Source of the DNA: Sphingomonadales bacterium | GTDB lineage: Bacteria > Pseudomonadota > Alphaproteobacteria > Sphingomonadales > Sphingomonadaceae | Direction of reading: 5' to 3' | Assembly: GCA_043737455.1 (NCBI GenBank) | Contig: JAYTAR010000038.1 | Coordinates: forward strand, 1-35,353 | DNA: 35,353 nt | In this document: positions 8,505-18,026 of the stretch, piece after piece | Layout of the letters: the number at the start of each line of letters is the position of its first letter | Position numbering within the stretch: position 1 is the stretch's first letter | Translations under genes and position numbers: made by a program | The notes under the pieces: generated by a model | Told to the model about the DNA's origin: nothing | What the model saw: the letters and a program-made list of their open reading frames with translations, nothing else | Databases searched by the model: none

Positions 8505-8868
8505 GTCCCTTGTCCTCCCTGATGGAGACGTCGAGCAGCTTGCCGACGTCGAAGAAATATCTGTCGCGAAAGGTCAGATGGACGATGCCGCGTGCGGCGC
8601 TCTCGGCCTTTTCGCGGGCCTCCTCGGTCGCGAAGAGCGACTTGCCGTCGGTGGTCAGGAACTCGCGGTGCACAAGGCGCCGCAGCGAGTTCGACAGGTC
8701 ACTCTCGACGATGCTCGTCTTGAACCATCGCCCAATTTCATCGCCGACGCTCGCAACGTCACACCCTGGCCGACGCACAAAGCAGATGACGATCGCAAGC
8801 TCGAGCACAGTCAGGTCGGGGACCGGCGCGAAGGCATAGAATGGGGTAACAGTCGACGCGCCCATCAC
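8494..8868 (-). CDS. Hypothetical protein with a winged-helix-like pattern
   Basis: GTGA overlap with the traN stop and overlap with the traF start. LTVLELAIV...SDLSNSLRRLVHREFL...LFATEEARE resembles PadR/BlaI/MarR-type wHTH. Confidence 0.7.
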   Translation of the reverse strand: MMGASTVTPFYAFAPVPDLTVLELAIVICFVRRPGCDVASVGDEIGRWFKTSIVESDLSNSLRRLVHREFLTTDGKSLFATEEAREKAESAARGIVHLTFRDRYFFDVGKLLDVSIREDKGHAI

Positions 8869-10655
8869 TTCTTGTTCCTCGAATAATATGCGACGATCTT
8901 TGCCTGGATGTCGGTCATGGTCGCGGCTTCGTTCGGCAGCTTCGCCGCCTCGACGAACTCCTTATAGACCTCGGTAAAATCCATCTTCGACAGGTCGAGA
9001 GCTGAGAACTCGTCGATCGTGAACCCGGCGCAATCGGGTTTCTTGGCCGTGCCCCAGCTCTTGTTGAGTTGCTGGCGACCTTGCTGCTGCAGGATGCGCG
9101 TCAGCTTCGACAGAAAGCAGCACGACGAGCGACGCCGCGAATGGCAGATGCCGAGGAACGATCCCGAGCAATACCAGCCAATCTCGTGGCACAGTCCCAT
9201 GCGATCGCGGACGTCGAGCTCCATTTCGCTCGGTTTGCACAGGAAGAGGGTCAGGAACGGTGTAGCGAGCCCGGCGATCGCGACCGGGCCGGCAGCTATC
9301 GCCGCGAACCCCGTCGCCGCTGGTATCAACCCACTCGATTTCCCCGCACAGCAGTTGACGAGGCCGAACACCGGCTTGTGGCACGACATGGCAGTGCCCT
9401 TGAACAGCTTGAAGTCGACCTCGTCGAACTCGCGATTGACCTGGGCGAGCGACTCAAGGCCGACGGCTGCGTCCTTGAACTCGTCGGACGCTTCGCGCGT
9501 GACGGCTTCGCACTCGCCACCGATGCAATAGACGTCGCCACCGCATACGCTCTGCGGTGGCCCCGGCACGCTGCCGGGAATCGGGCAGCTGAAAACCTTC
9601 TGCTCGACCTGGCACTGCCCCTGCTGCGGATCATCGAGGCAGTCGGTGCGCAGATACGTGCACTGCGCATTGGCTTCGAGCGCACCGCAATCGGTATTGC
9701 CCTGCGTGACGCCCTGGCACTGATAGGTCCGGTCCCATCTCCAGCAGGCCTGGGTTACCGGCACGCCATCGATCATCCGGGTCATCGGGCTGCTGTCGGC
9801 GCAGACCTCGACAGGGCTGGTGCAGGTCAACCCCTGCATTGCAGCCGTGCACTGCGTTTCATCACGAACTGCATTGACCGCAACGACCTGACGCGGTGCA
9901 GGTACTGGTTGAGCCGGAACCGGCGCGCTGCACACAAGAACACTGACCGTGACCCAGTCGGGCTCTGTGCACCATCCCGGTCCGCCCCATTGAAGGCACC
10001 TGAACTCCTGACGGGTCGAGACGACCTGACAGACGCCCGCCCCGATCTGCGTGTCAAAATTGGGCGCGCAGGCAGGTATTCCCGGCATCTGCTCCTCACC
10101 ACATTGATAGTCGTAGACGGTCTTCTGTGTCGCGGAGACATTTAAGGGCACCGAACAGGTGCGCGGCTCGTCGATAACCTTCGCACCGACATTGCAGGTC
10201 GCTTCGTAATTGCCCGGCGACGACGTCGAGCTTGGCGGCAGCTCAACGCACTGGCCGGTCGTTCCCTGCGGATCGACGCCACGCACATAGGTGTCGGGAG
10301 CAAGGTTGATCGTGTCACCGCGTGCAACGGTCTCGTCGACCTGAACCTTCGGGATACGGGGGCGGATCGCATCGCCGTCAATGACAAGCACACTCGCCTC
10401 GTTGGTGCGCGACGTCGTAATCGCGGCCGCCCCAAGCGCATTCGGATTGCCGAGGTATGTGCTCTCGGGCGCATTCGCGCCGTTGTAGGCGTCCAAGTTA
10501 GCGACTGCCGCCGCGTCAGTATCGGCAAGACCGGCAGCTGCTCGCCCAGCGGCTTCGCCGACTGCCTTACCCTCGTCACGCGCCTGAGCAGTGTTCGACT
10601 GCGCGAGCGCAGGCGTCGCGGCCATGAGAAGGAGCAGGGCAAGCAGCCGCCGCAC
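8865..10655 (-). CDS. traN: Mating-pair stabilisation adhesin TraN
   Basis: Signal peptide, many Cys, C-terminal LFKGTAMSC..NCC, CCFLSKLTRILQQQGRQQL, PDCAGFTIDEFSALDLSKMDFTE. Confidence 0.96.
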   Translation of the reverse strand: MRRLLALLLLMAATPALAQSNTAQARDEGKAVGEAAGRAAAGLADTDAAAVANLDAYNGANAPESTYLGNPNALGAAAITTSRTNEASVLVIDGDAIRPRIPKVQVDETVARGDTINLAPDTYVRGVDPQGTTGQCVELPPSSTSSPGNYEATCNVGAKVIDEPRTCSVPLNVSATQKTVYDYQCGEEQMPGIPACAPNFDTQIGAGVCQVVSTRQEFRCLQWGGPGWCTEPDWVTVSVLVCSAPVPAQPVPAPRQVVAVNAVRDETQCTAAMQGLTCTSPVEVCADSSPMTRMIDGVPVTQACWRWDRTYQCQGVTQGNTDCGALEANAQCTYLRTDCLDDPQQGQCQVEQKVFSCPIPGSVPGPPQSVCGGDVYCIGGECEAVTREASDEFKDAAVGLESLAQVNREFDEVDFKLFKGTAMSCHKPVFGLVNCCAGKSSGLIPAATGFAAIAAGPVAIAGLATPFLTLFLCKPSEMELDVRDRMGLCHEIGWYCSGSFLGICHSRRRSSCCFLSKLTRILQQQGRQQLNKSWGTAKKPDCAGFTIDEFSALDLSKMDFTEVYKEFVEAAKLPNEAATMTDIQAKIVAYYSRNKK

Positions 10656-10656
10656 G

Positions 10657-11391
10657 TCAGTCGGCCCTGTTCAGCTGCTTGAGCGCGGTCGCGGCAATAC
10701 GCCCACCGGGTCCGCCGCCGGTCGCAAATGCCTCGAGCGCATAGCGCACGGTGACGTTGCCTGACATACGATCGTGCGGAGGCGTCACCGTCTTGCAGGT
10801 AAAACCATCGCACAGGTCGAAGTCCGAGGTGACGACGACGAACGCCGGCACGCTCGTCACGTTGAAGGCACGAAACAATCGAGGATCAATCCCGAGTGCC
10901 TTGGTCTCCTGGCCCTGATCGACCACTTTGGTGATGCCCTGCTGGAAGGCCTTCATCGAATTGCCGGGGAATCCTTGGAACACGACAGCGCCGCCTGCCT
11001 TGCTGGTGTCGCGGATAAGGGGTTTGAGACTTTCGGGCGGCATCGACAGCGACGCGAAGACGATGAACTGCGGCGCGTCGCCGGTCTCGGTCTTGCCGCT
11101 CACCTGCGCCATCATGCGGTCGAGCTCGGACGCGCCTTTGGCCGCCCCTTGCGCTTCGGCATAGCGCTGGTGGTTTGCATTGCCCGCTGCGACCGTCTCG
11201 GCGGCGTCTTTTGCGTTCGCGTCCGAGCGGCGTGTGATCTCAGTGACGAAGGCCTGAGCGTCGGCCGACACGGCATCGGCCTTGGCTTGCACTGCCTTCA
11301 GGTCGAGACCATCGACAGTTTGCGCCAGCACGGCAGCGGCAGTCCCGACCGCAAGCGTCGCGCCGAGCGTGACGAAGAGTTTCCTGCTCAT
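10657..11391 (-). CDS. trbC: Type-F pilin assembly protein TrbC
   Basis: FASLSMPPESL, VVFQGF, IDPRLFRAFNVTSVPAFVV and DRMSGNVTVRYALE motifs. True start is ATG 11391 (ATGA overlap with the traU stop), not 12501. Confidence 0.93.
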   Translation of the reverse strand: MSRKLFVTLGATLAVGTAAAVLAQTVDGLDLKAVQAKADAVSADAQAFVTEITRRSDANAKDAAETVAAGNANHQRYAEAQGAAKGASELDRMMAQVSGKTETGDAPQFIVFASLSMPPESLKPLIRDTSKAGGAVVFQGFPGNSMKAFQQGITKVVDQGQETKALGIDPRLFRAFNVTSVPAFVVVTSDFDLCDGFTCKTVTPPHDRMSGNVTVRYALEAFATGGGPGGRIAATALKQLNRAD

Positions 11392-12449
11392 AGCGCGCAG
11401 CAGTTCCGCTTGCGCCACACCAGATAGCCGACATCCTCGCCGACGACGGGCCAGGTTCGGCCGATCCCAGGTTTGAGATCCGACGCACCGATCATCGAAC
11501 AAGCGAACCTGCCCTTCACCATCGGCGAAGGGTTGACCATCTGGAAGCGGTATTGCTGCTTCTTGAGGATCGGCATGGGGTATTTGTTGCAGAGCCCCTC
11601 GCGCCCCATCGTGCCCCATGCCAGCAGCTGGCGGTGCATCTTGTAGGCCATGCGCGACGCGGCGAGCCGTGACGACTGCACCGGGTTGGTGTGATGGCCG
11701 ATATTGCCGTTCATCGGATACATCGAGCCCTGGCACCCGGCGCACCAGAACAGAGGATCGAGCGGGCGCTTGATCGTCGCCGCCGCGCAATCGGCGACGC
11801 AGGCAAGCGTTGCGATCGGGTTGGCAAACACCGCCGCTTCGGGGTTGATCAGCATCGTGAGCGTGTCGTCCTGCCAGAGCGGATCGATCTCGGTGACATA
11901 GGCGATGTCGAAGCTTGAGGATTCGAGGCAGAGGAAGTCCGCTACGAGCTCCATCCAGTAGAGCAGCGGATAAATGTACCAGTGGACGTTCCACTTGGCC
12001 GAGTTCTGCCCTGCCCCGCCGAGCTGGTTCGTCGTGTTGTGCGTGCCGCGCCCAATGTCGAACCCGGGCTTGATCGAGACGCCACCCAGATTGGGAAAGC
12101 ACCACGGCTTCATCGTCACGTCGACCATGCGCACCGGCTCCCAGAAGCCGACCGCAACGCCGATGCGCGGCACGGGCGAGCCGCACAGACAGACCGGAAG
12201 CACCGGATTGTTGTCGGTGTCGGGTCGGCCTGCAAGGCTCGGCCAGACCGGGGCCGCGCCGATCGACAGCGGGAACAGGCACGACCAGCAGACGTCGGTG
12301 ATAGGGTTCACGAATTTGCCCGTGCAGGCCCCGGGAACGCCAGCCCGCACGGGCTGCGATGGGAGTAGAAACAGGATCGCGAGCAGCACCAGCCCTGTCG
12401 CGGTGGCAAGCCAGCGAAGCTGCTGGAGCGTACGGAGTACGCGCGTCAT
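11388..12449 (-). CDS. traU: Conjugal transfer protein TraU
   Basis: CTGKFVNPITDVCWSCLFPLSIG, GFWEP, HWYIYP, EIDPLW, FWCAGCQG and WRKRNCC motifs. Confidence 0.97.
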   Translation of the reverse strand: MTRVLRTLQQLRWLATATGLVLLAILFLLPSQPVRAGVPGACTGKFVNPITDVCWSCLFPLSIGAAPVWPSLAGRPDTDNNPVLPVCLCGSPVPRIGVAVGFWEPVRMVDVTMKPWCFPNLGGVSIKPGFDIGRGTHNTTNQLGGAGQNSAKWNVHWYIYPLLYWMELVADFLCLESSSFDIAYVTEIDPLWQDDTLTMLINPEAAVFANPIATLACVADCAAATIKRPLDPLFWCAGCQGSMYPMNGNIGHHTNPVQSSRLAASRMAYKMHRQLLAWGTMGREGLCNKYPMPILKKQQYRFQMVNPSPMVKGRFACSMIGASDLKPGIGRTWPVVGEDVGYLVWRKRNCCAL

Positions 12450-12730
12450 TGACCCTCCCCTTCGGCGTCGAACCCGCGGTCAAGAATCCAGTGATCGTCA
12501 CGACGCGTCTTCACCGCGACGAACACGACACCGGAGAGTACCGTCAGGGCGACGAGGACGACCAGGACGCCGCCGGTCGTGACGCGACCAAAGCTGCCGA
12601 TCAGCAGCTCGATCAGGACAATTGCTACCCCTGTTGTGAGCGCAATGCCGATGAACGCGAACCGAAGACGGCGCATTGCTGCGGTCTCGGGAGCTGCCAT
12701 CGGCGGACCAAAGAGAGCCTCGAGGCGCAT
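12446..12730 (-). CDS. Small membrane protein (94 aa, 2 TM)
   Basis: GGAGGA RBS; ATG 12730 in a TGATG overlap; stop overlaps the traU ATG; two hydrophobic segments. Confidence 0.75.
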   Translation of the reverse strand: MRLEALFGPPMAAPETAAMRRLRFAFIGIALTTGVAIVLIELLIGSFGRVTTGGVLVVLVALTVLSGVVFVAVKTRRDDHWILDRGFDAEGEGQ

Positions 12731-12861
12731 CAGCGGTGTCCTCCGGACTGCCTGGCGCGCCGCACGACGCCGATCGTCGCCACAAGCGCGACGACGCCGA
12801 GCAGGAACAACACGTCCCACGAGGTCAGGACATTCATAAGATGCTCGGTCAGCCGGAACAT
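12730..12861 (-). CDS. Very small membrane protein (43 aa), absent from the ORF track
   Basis: Manual translation MFRLTEHLMNVLTSWDVLFLLGVVALVATIGVVRRARQSGGHR*; TGATG overlaps at both ends; one TM followed by basic residues. Confidence 0.7.
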   Translation of the reverse strand: MFRLTEHLMNVLTSWDVLFLLGVVALVATIGVVRRARQSGGHR

Positions 12862-13166
12862 CAGCGGCGCTCCCGAAAGCTGCGAAGCGCAAGCCGCGAC
12901 CAGTAGATGAACTGACCCATGATCAGGACCGCAAGTGCGAAGCTGCCGACCGCGAGCAGAAACAGCGCGCTCCGCGGCTCAGGCGGGAAAGCGATCAGCC
13001 CGACGAACACGACGAAGAACGTGCCGACGCTCGCTGCGTTGACGCAGGCAAACACAACCAGCCCCCACCGCTGCCAGCGATGTGTCGAGCTGTCTACATG
13101 TCGGGATGTCTTCGCGTCGTCATGTCGCGCTGTCGGGACGTCGGCATGAAAGACTGTCGGGTTCAC
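12861..13166 (-). CDS. Small membrane protein (101 aa, 2 TM) whose N-terminal leader is encoded by the octamer array
   Basis: GTGA overlap with the traW stop; AAGGGGAAGG RBS-like sequence; two hydrophobic helices. Confidence 0.7.
   Translation of the reverse strand: MNPTVFHADVPTARHDDAKTSRHVDSSTHRWQRWGLVVFACVNAASVGTFFVVFVGLIAFPPEPRSALFLLAVGSFALAVLIMGQFIYWSRLALRSFRERR
13082..13161. repeat. Phased 8-bp degenerate array, 10 units (longest copy)
   Basis: gtgtcgag|ctgtctac|atgtcggg|atgtcttc|gcgtcgtc|atgtcgcg|ctgtcggg|acgtcggc|atgaaaga|ctgtcggg. Confidence 0.88.
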
Positions 13167-13801
13167 GACACCTTCCCCTTGATCGGCGCTTCAGTGACGC
13201 GCATCGCCTTGCCTGCCTGCTCGACAACCGCAGGGACGGCGGTAATCCCGAACTTGCTGGTGAGCGTTCCGGCCTGGTCGAAGTAAAACCGCCGCTGGCG
13301 CTTGGTCATCAGCTCGAGCGGCGCGCCGCGAACGAGAATGAGACGCGCCTTGTCGTCGAAGCGCTTGAGTGCCCAGGCCACCTGATCTTCGTCGTCGCCG
13401 TCGATGAACACGAGCGGCGACTTCACGACGACATAATCGAGCGGGTTGATGCGCTTACCGCGCGCTGCGATCAGCTGGCCCTTGTGGTCCTTGATGTCGT
13501 GATCGATCACGATCGACGGATCGTGAAGCCAGGTCCGTACCTTGATCGCGGCCTCGATGCCGGCCACCGGATCGGGACGACGGACCTTGGCTTCGGTGCG
13601 CGACCGCAGCCGCTGGTTCATCGCATCGATCTGACCATTGGCCTGCATCGTGTTCAGCTTGGTCTCGATGACGCGCAGCAAATCGGGCTCGATGATCGCA
13701 AACACCGTGCCGACCTGGCCATAGTCCTTCGCTGCCGCCGGGGGGGCACCGGCGGCAGCGAAGGCGACAAGCCCAAGGGAAACTGTGCGAAGCACGCTCA
13801 C
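13163..13801 (-). CDS. traW: Type-F conjugative transfer protein TraW
   Basis: KDYGQVGTVFAIIEPDLL, INPLDY, FIDGDD and FYFDQAGTLTSKFGITAVPAVV motifs. Start set at GTG 13801 (GTGA overlap). Confidence 0.95.
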   Translation of the reverse strand: MSVLRTVSLGLVAFAAAGAPPAAAKDYGQVGTVFAIIEPDLLRVIETKLNTMQANGQIDAMNQRLRSRTEAKVRRPDPVAGIEAAIKVRTWLHDPSIVIDHDIKDHKGQLIAARGKRINPLDYVVVKSPLVFIDGDDEDQVAWALKRFDDKARLILVRGAPLELMTKRQRRFYFDQAGTLTSKFGITAVPAVVEQAGKAMRVTEAPIKGKVS

Positions 13802-14370
13802 AGCACCGGTGTCCCGGTGCCGACAATCTGCTTGGCGCACACCCAACCGATATCGGCGTAACGGCTGTCGAACCCGTCGACGTGCGGGGTTGCTACGAAA
13901 TAGCAGCCCTTGGGGACCACGCCCGTCGGACCCGCAGTCAGCGGCTCGCCACGCTTCGAGATCGGCTTCAAAGGGGCGACGCGGATGCCGTTAACTATCA
14001 CCCACTGCTCGACCTCGTCGTACCGGCCACGCGAGACCAACTCGTCATGGCGGGCGACGACGTCGCCAGGCATCCCGTAGACGAGCTTGCCGAACGGCTT
14101 GGGGTTCGCGCCGAAATGCGCGACCACCAGCGGCGTCTCGGGTACCCGAAAGAACACATATTGGCCGCGTATCGGCAGCACCTTCTTCTCGACGAAGAAC
14201 GCCCAATTGGGAAGCGAGTCAGTCGCGTTGATCATAAACGCGTGCGCCTGCGACCAGTCGCGGATACCCGCCCAGGCAGCGACGGCGATACCGATCGCAC
14301 CCAGCGTCCGCCAGCGGGGCAGGCGAATACCGCGACGCGGTGGTTCGGAAATGATCGCGAGCGCGCTCAT
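13798..14370 (-). CDS. trhF: S26-family conjugative signal peptidase (TrhF/TraF-P type pilin maturase)
   Basis: N-terminal TM, NATDSLP (Ser), FGKLVYGMPGD (Lys), GFDSRY. Confidence 0.88.
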   Translation of the reverse strand: MSALAIISEPPRRGIRLPRWRTLGAIGIAVAAWAGIRDWSQAHAFMINATDSLPNWAFFVEKKVLPIRGQYVFFRVPETPLVVAHFGANPKPFGKLVYGMPGDVVARHDELVSRGRYDEVEQWVIVNGIRVAPLKPISKRGEPLTAGPTGVVPKGCYFVATPHVDGFDSRYADIGWVCAKQIVGTGTPVL

Positions 14371-15029
14371 GGCTGCGGTGCCAAGTCGACCGGCGCGCCG
14401 GCGCCACCGAACGGGTTGGCACCGGCATTAGGCGACGGAGCCGGCGCAGGAACCATTCGCGCAGGTGCGCTGGCCGGCGGTGCCATCATCGGCGCGATGG
14501 CGGGGGGCATTGCCACAGGCGCGGCGAGCTTCACGACCTTGGCAAGATCCGCGACCACTTCGTTCGTCACATCGGGAACGGACGAGGCCACGACCGCCTC
14601 GCCGACCAACACGACTTCGCCATCGGCGGCGCGCGCCTTGAGCACCCCGTCGAGCGCGGTCATGAACGCGCGTGTGCGGCCTGCGAGTTGCTCAGGCGGG
14701 GTGCCCGAGCGCGCTTCGGCGGTCACGAAGTCGTTGACGATCGCGGCGAGCCGCACCGACACGACACGACGATCCTCGAGCACGAAGATTTTCGACGTCG
14801 CCCACATCGCCCAAACTGCAGCTGCGAGAATCAGCGCGCCGATGAGCAGTTGGTCATAGCTGAACCCGGCGAAACCGCGAATTCGCGAGGGCGTGTCGGG
14901 AGCGCCTACACCCGGAGAACGGCCTAACCCACGCTTCGATGGAGGCGGCAGCGGACGAAGAGGCTCGACCACCGCATCTTCGGTCTCGAGATTTACATCA
15001 TCACGCGTGAGCGTCTGTACGTGGTCCAT
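14367..15029 (-). CDS. trbI: Type-F conjugative transfer protein TrbI
   Basis: AGGAGGG RBS and ATG 15029; one TM, then VVSVRLAAIVNDFV..VVLVGEAVV..PDVT; Pro/Ala-rich tail; position between traC and traW. Confidence 0.85.
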   Translation of the reverse strand: MDHVQTLTRDDVNLETEDAVVEPLRPLPPPSKRGLGRSPGVGAPDTPSRIRGFAGFSYDQLLIGALILAAAVWAMWATSKIFVLEDRRVVSVRLAAIVNDFVTAEARSGTPPEQLAGRTRAFMTALDGVLKARAADGEVVLVGEAVVASSVPDVTNEVVADLAKVVKLAAPVAMPPAIAPMMAPPASAPARMVPAPAPSPNAGANPFGGAGAPVDLAPQP

Positions 15030-15447
15030 CGACCCCTCCTGTCTTGAAGATGCTGATGAGCGTCGCGCGCCGGAAAAAAGCCGTGGCAATGAACGTGAGC
15101 GCGATGACGATCGTGAGGTTGGCATCGAACTCGCCGCGGTTCAGCGGCGTGACCTCGCCGTATCGCGTCGACAGCAGCGCGATCTGTTCGAAGAACCCGG
15201 CAAGCGTCAGGTTGCCAGCGGCAAAAAACAGGGCGATGAACAGGCCGGCGGTCGTCAGGATCGTGGTCGCGAGCCAACCGCCGCAACGCAACGTCACGTA
15301 GAGAGCCTCGCCCCAGAGCTCCCGCTCATAACGACGGCGGCCAGCACGCATTTCACGACGATCCTCGTCGGAATGCAGCTCATCGCAAAATGAGCGTGCG
15401 TAGCCAGCTTCGAGGTTGGCGCGAAAATTCGTTTCGCCGTACTTCAT
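15001..15447 (-). CDS. Hypothetical membrane protein (148 aa)
   Basis: ATGA overlap with the traC stop (true start 15447, MKYGETNF); two hydrophobic segments. Confidence 0.75.
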   Translation of the reverse strand: MKYGETNFRANLEAGYARSFCDELHSDEDRREMRAGRRRYERELWGEALYVTLRCGGWLATTILTTAGLFIALFFAAGNLTLAGFFEQIALLSTRYGEVTPLNRGEFDANLTIVIALTFIATAFFRRATLISIFKTGGVDGPRTDAHA

Positions 15448-18026
15448 TCGGCCGCCACCGCGAACGGTGCCTCCTCGATCACGCTCCATTGCGACGGATC
15501 GTCGGGGTATGCGACACGCTCGATCGCCGCTTCCATCGGCAGCCCTTGCGCCACCAGCGCCTCGATCTCTGCGAACACGCGTGGCGAGGACGAGTAGATC
15601 GTCGCCGAATAGGGATCGAGCACGAGCCGCCCGATCGCGAGCGTCTCCGGCCCCTTGATCATAATATCCGAATATTCGACGCCGTTGCGCTTCAGGCTTC
15701 GCATCAGCGTCTCGGTCGATGCCGACATTTCGAAGCGGTCGGCCTTCATGAAGTCCGAGATGGACTCGGGCTTTTGCTGCAGGATCACGAACCAGTCGCT
15801 GTTCTCGAGCGCGGCGATCGAGCCTTCGGATTTGTAATAGTCGTTCAAGGACTGCGTCGCGGTGATGAGCGACGCACCATATTTGCGGCAGGTGCGCGCA
15901 TAGGTCTCGACGAACTCGGCCATCGCGCCGCCGCGCAGCATCTGCCACGCCTCGTCCATGATCAGCGCCTTTCGGCGGCTACGGTCGAGCTTGCGCATGG
16001 CCTGGCTCGACATGAACATGATCGCGGTGAGCACGACCGAACGCAGTTCTTCGCGGCTCGACAGGTCCGACAACTCGAACACCGTCAGGTCGGCATCGAG
16101 CTTGAACGTCGCCTCGCCGGTGAAGAACTTGCCATAGGTGCCGCTCGAGCCGAATGGCATCATCGAGACCGCCAGACTCCGCGACAGGCCTTCGTCGTTG
16201 GCCATCAAACCGGCGATGACGTCGTCGACCGACCCGCCCCTGCTCTTCTCGTTCCAGACCGCGTTGACCACACCGTCGATCAGCCCTCGCTCGGTATCGT
16301 CGAGGCGGTTGATGTGGCGCGCCATCTGGCTGACCATGGCTTTGAGCATTGAGAGGCAGTCGAGCTTGTAGTCGTCGTCGCTTTCGGCCGCGTCGGCGTC
16401 GATCATCGAGAACGGGTTGATGCAGAATCCGCTCGACAGCGTGAACTCGATGAAGGCCCCGCCCTGCAGTTTGCACGAATGTTCGAAGCTACGCCCGTCA
16501 TCGATGACGATGACATTGTCCCCCGCCCCGCAAAATGCAGCGCACAGCTCCTGCAAGCCGACCGATTTGCCCGAGCCCGACTTGCCGAACACCGCGACGT
16601 TGTGATTGCCCGCCGCGTTTTCGAATGGCGACCAGAAGAACGGCTCGCCGCGCCGTCCGATCAGCAGGAGGTGCGGAATGTCGCTGCCCTTATACTCGCC
16701 CTGCAGCGGCGCGAGATTGGCCGCCGTCGTGGTCAGCATCGTGCGCATCCGCTTCATGCGCTCGAGGTCTTTGCCCAACCCCGAGCCGAGCGTCATCGGC
16801 AGGCAGGCCAGGAACCCCACCATCTGCATGTACTTCTCGGAATGGAGATCCCACCCACACGCCTTGTACATCGACTTCAAGGTACGCTCGTTGGCTTCGC
16901 CCCGGCCCTTGGGCGAAAACGCGGTGACGCCGTAGAACGCGCGCACGAGTTTGTTGCCCTGGCGAAGTTCCTCTTGAACGAGCTCCCACTCGCGGCTCTG
17001 CTCCTTCAGCTGCGGCAGAAACCGCGCCGACTTCGAGTCCGACAGGCTCGAGGTCCGCATATATTTGTACGACGCCTTGTTTGCCGCCGCCGTTGCGTCG
17101 GGATAGACCAGACACAATGTGGTCGCGACCGGGCACGGCAACCGCAGCTTATCGGTAAACAAGTCGCCGATCAGCCGTGCGCAATCCCACGGGGCCCAGC
17201 GCGGTGGGAGGTTCCTGACCGCGTACGAGCGCACCTCGAACGTGTCGGGGTACATCTCGCCGATTTCGGGAACACCGTCGCGGTCGACGCCGGTGGCGCG
17301 CAGCCGCTCGGTGCGGATCTCGATCCGATCGGCGAAGTGACGCACTTCCATGTCACGGCGGACACACTGGTCGGCGATCGGGTCGAACGCATTGTAGCTG
17401 ATCGGATCGTCGCCTGCAGCCGTCGTCGGCGACGTGATGTCGTCGATCAGCGAGAGCAGATTGACCGGATCGATGATGCGCGACGGCACGTCGATCGAGC
17501 GGAACGCCGACTGAATCGATTCGACGACTGCAACCAGCTCTTCGTCGCTGGCCGATACCTTATCGGGCAGGCCGACCGAAACGATCAGGCGGAAGTGACG
17601 CAGATGAAAAGGCGCGTCCTTCGATAGCGAATGCCACACCCCGTTCGACAGATAGTCGGTACGGTGCTTGGCCATGCGCTCGTAGACGCCCTCGGCCGAG
17701 TAACGCGGCATGAACCAGTCGGAGAGCTTGGTGCCGATCCGCGACGAGGCAAAGTTGATGAACTGGACGCACGCACCCGCTGGCACGCCTTCGGACAGCG
17801 ACTGCGCAATGATGTCCGCCGAACGCTCGTCGGCCCCGACCATGGGCGCGATCTCGAGCGCGATCTCGCGCGCGCCTGAATTGTGAAAGATGTTCGTCTT
17901 TGCGTCGAAGCTGCGATACGGCAGCCAGTGCGCGAGCATCGGCACGCCGGCATCGGGCCGCGCCGCTTCGGGCTTCGCGTTGCCGCCGCCGATCAGGTCG
18001 GTGAGGTAGGTGACGAGGCCGCTCAT
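15444..18026 (-). CDS. traC: Type IV secretion ATPase TraC (VirB4 family)
   Basis: Walker A GKSGSGKS, Walker B IMDEAW, RTCRKYG, ATQS, LPYRSF N-terminal motif; 860 aa. Confidence 0.97.
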   Translation of the reverse strand: MSGLVTYLTDLIGGGNAKPEAARPDAGVPMLAHWLPYRSFDAKTNIFHNSGAREIALEIAPMVGADERSADIIAQSLSEGVPAGACVQFINFASSRIGTKLSDWFMPRYSAEGVYERMAKHRTDYLSNGVWHSLSKDAPFHLRHFRLIVSVGLPDKVSASDEELVAVVESIQSAFRSIDVPSRIIDPVNLLSLIDDITSPTTAAGDDPISYNAFDPIADQCVRRDMEVRHFADRIEIRTERLRATGVDRDGVPEIGEMYPDTFEVRSYAVRNLPPRWAPWDCARLIGDLFTDKLRLPCPVATTLCLVYPDATAAANKASYKYMRTSSLSDSKSARFLPQLKEQSREWELVQEELRQGNKLVRAFYGVTAFSPKGRGEANERTLKSMYKACGWDLHSEKYMQMVGFLACLPMTLGSGLGKDLERMKRMRTMLTTTAANLAPLQGEYKGSDIPHLLLIGRRGEPFFWSPFENAAGNHNVAVFGKSGSGKSVGLQELCAAFCGAGDNVIVIDDGRSFEHSCKLQGGAFIEFTLSSGFCINPFSMIDADAAESDDDYKLDCLSMLKAMVSQMARHINRLDDTERGLIDGVVNAVWNEKSRGGSVDDVIAGLMANDEGLSRSLAVSMMPFGSSGTYGKFFTGEATFKLDADLTVFELSDLSSREELRSVVLTAIMFMSSQAMRKLDRSRRKALIMDEAWQMLRGGAMAEFVETYARTCRKYGASLITATQSLNDYYKSEGSIAALENSDWFVILQQKPESISDFMKADRFEMSASTETLMRSLKRNGVEYSDIMIKGPETLAIGRLVLDPYSATIYSSSPRVFAEIEALVAQGLPMEAAIERVAYPDDPSQWSVIEEAPFAVAAE

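Noticed and set aside
11392-12501. Long N-terminal extension of trbC in the 614-aa ORF
   Set aside because: Overlaps traU in another frame; trbC has a coupled ATG at 11391 followed by a signal peptide.
13082-13161. Octamer arrays or the 22-bp array as CRISPR repeats
   Set aside because: No 23-50 bp identical repeats with unique spacers and no cas genes; the units are short, contiguous and degenerate.
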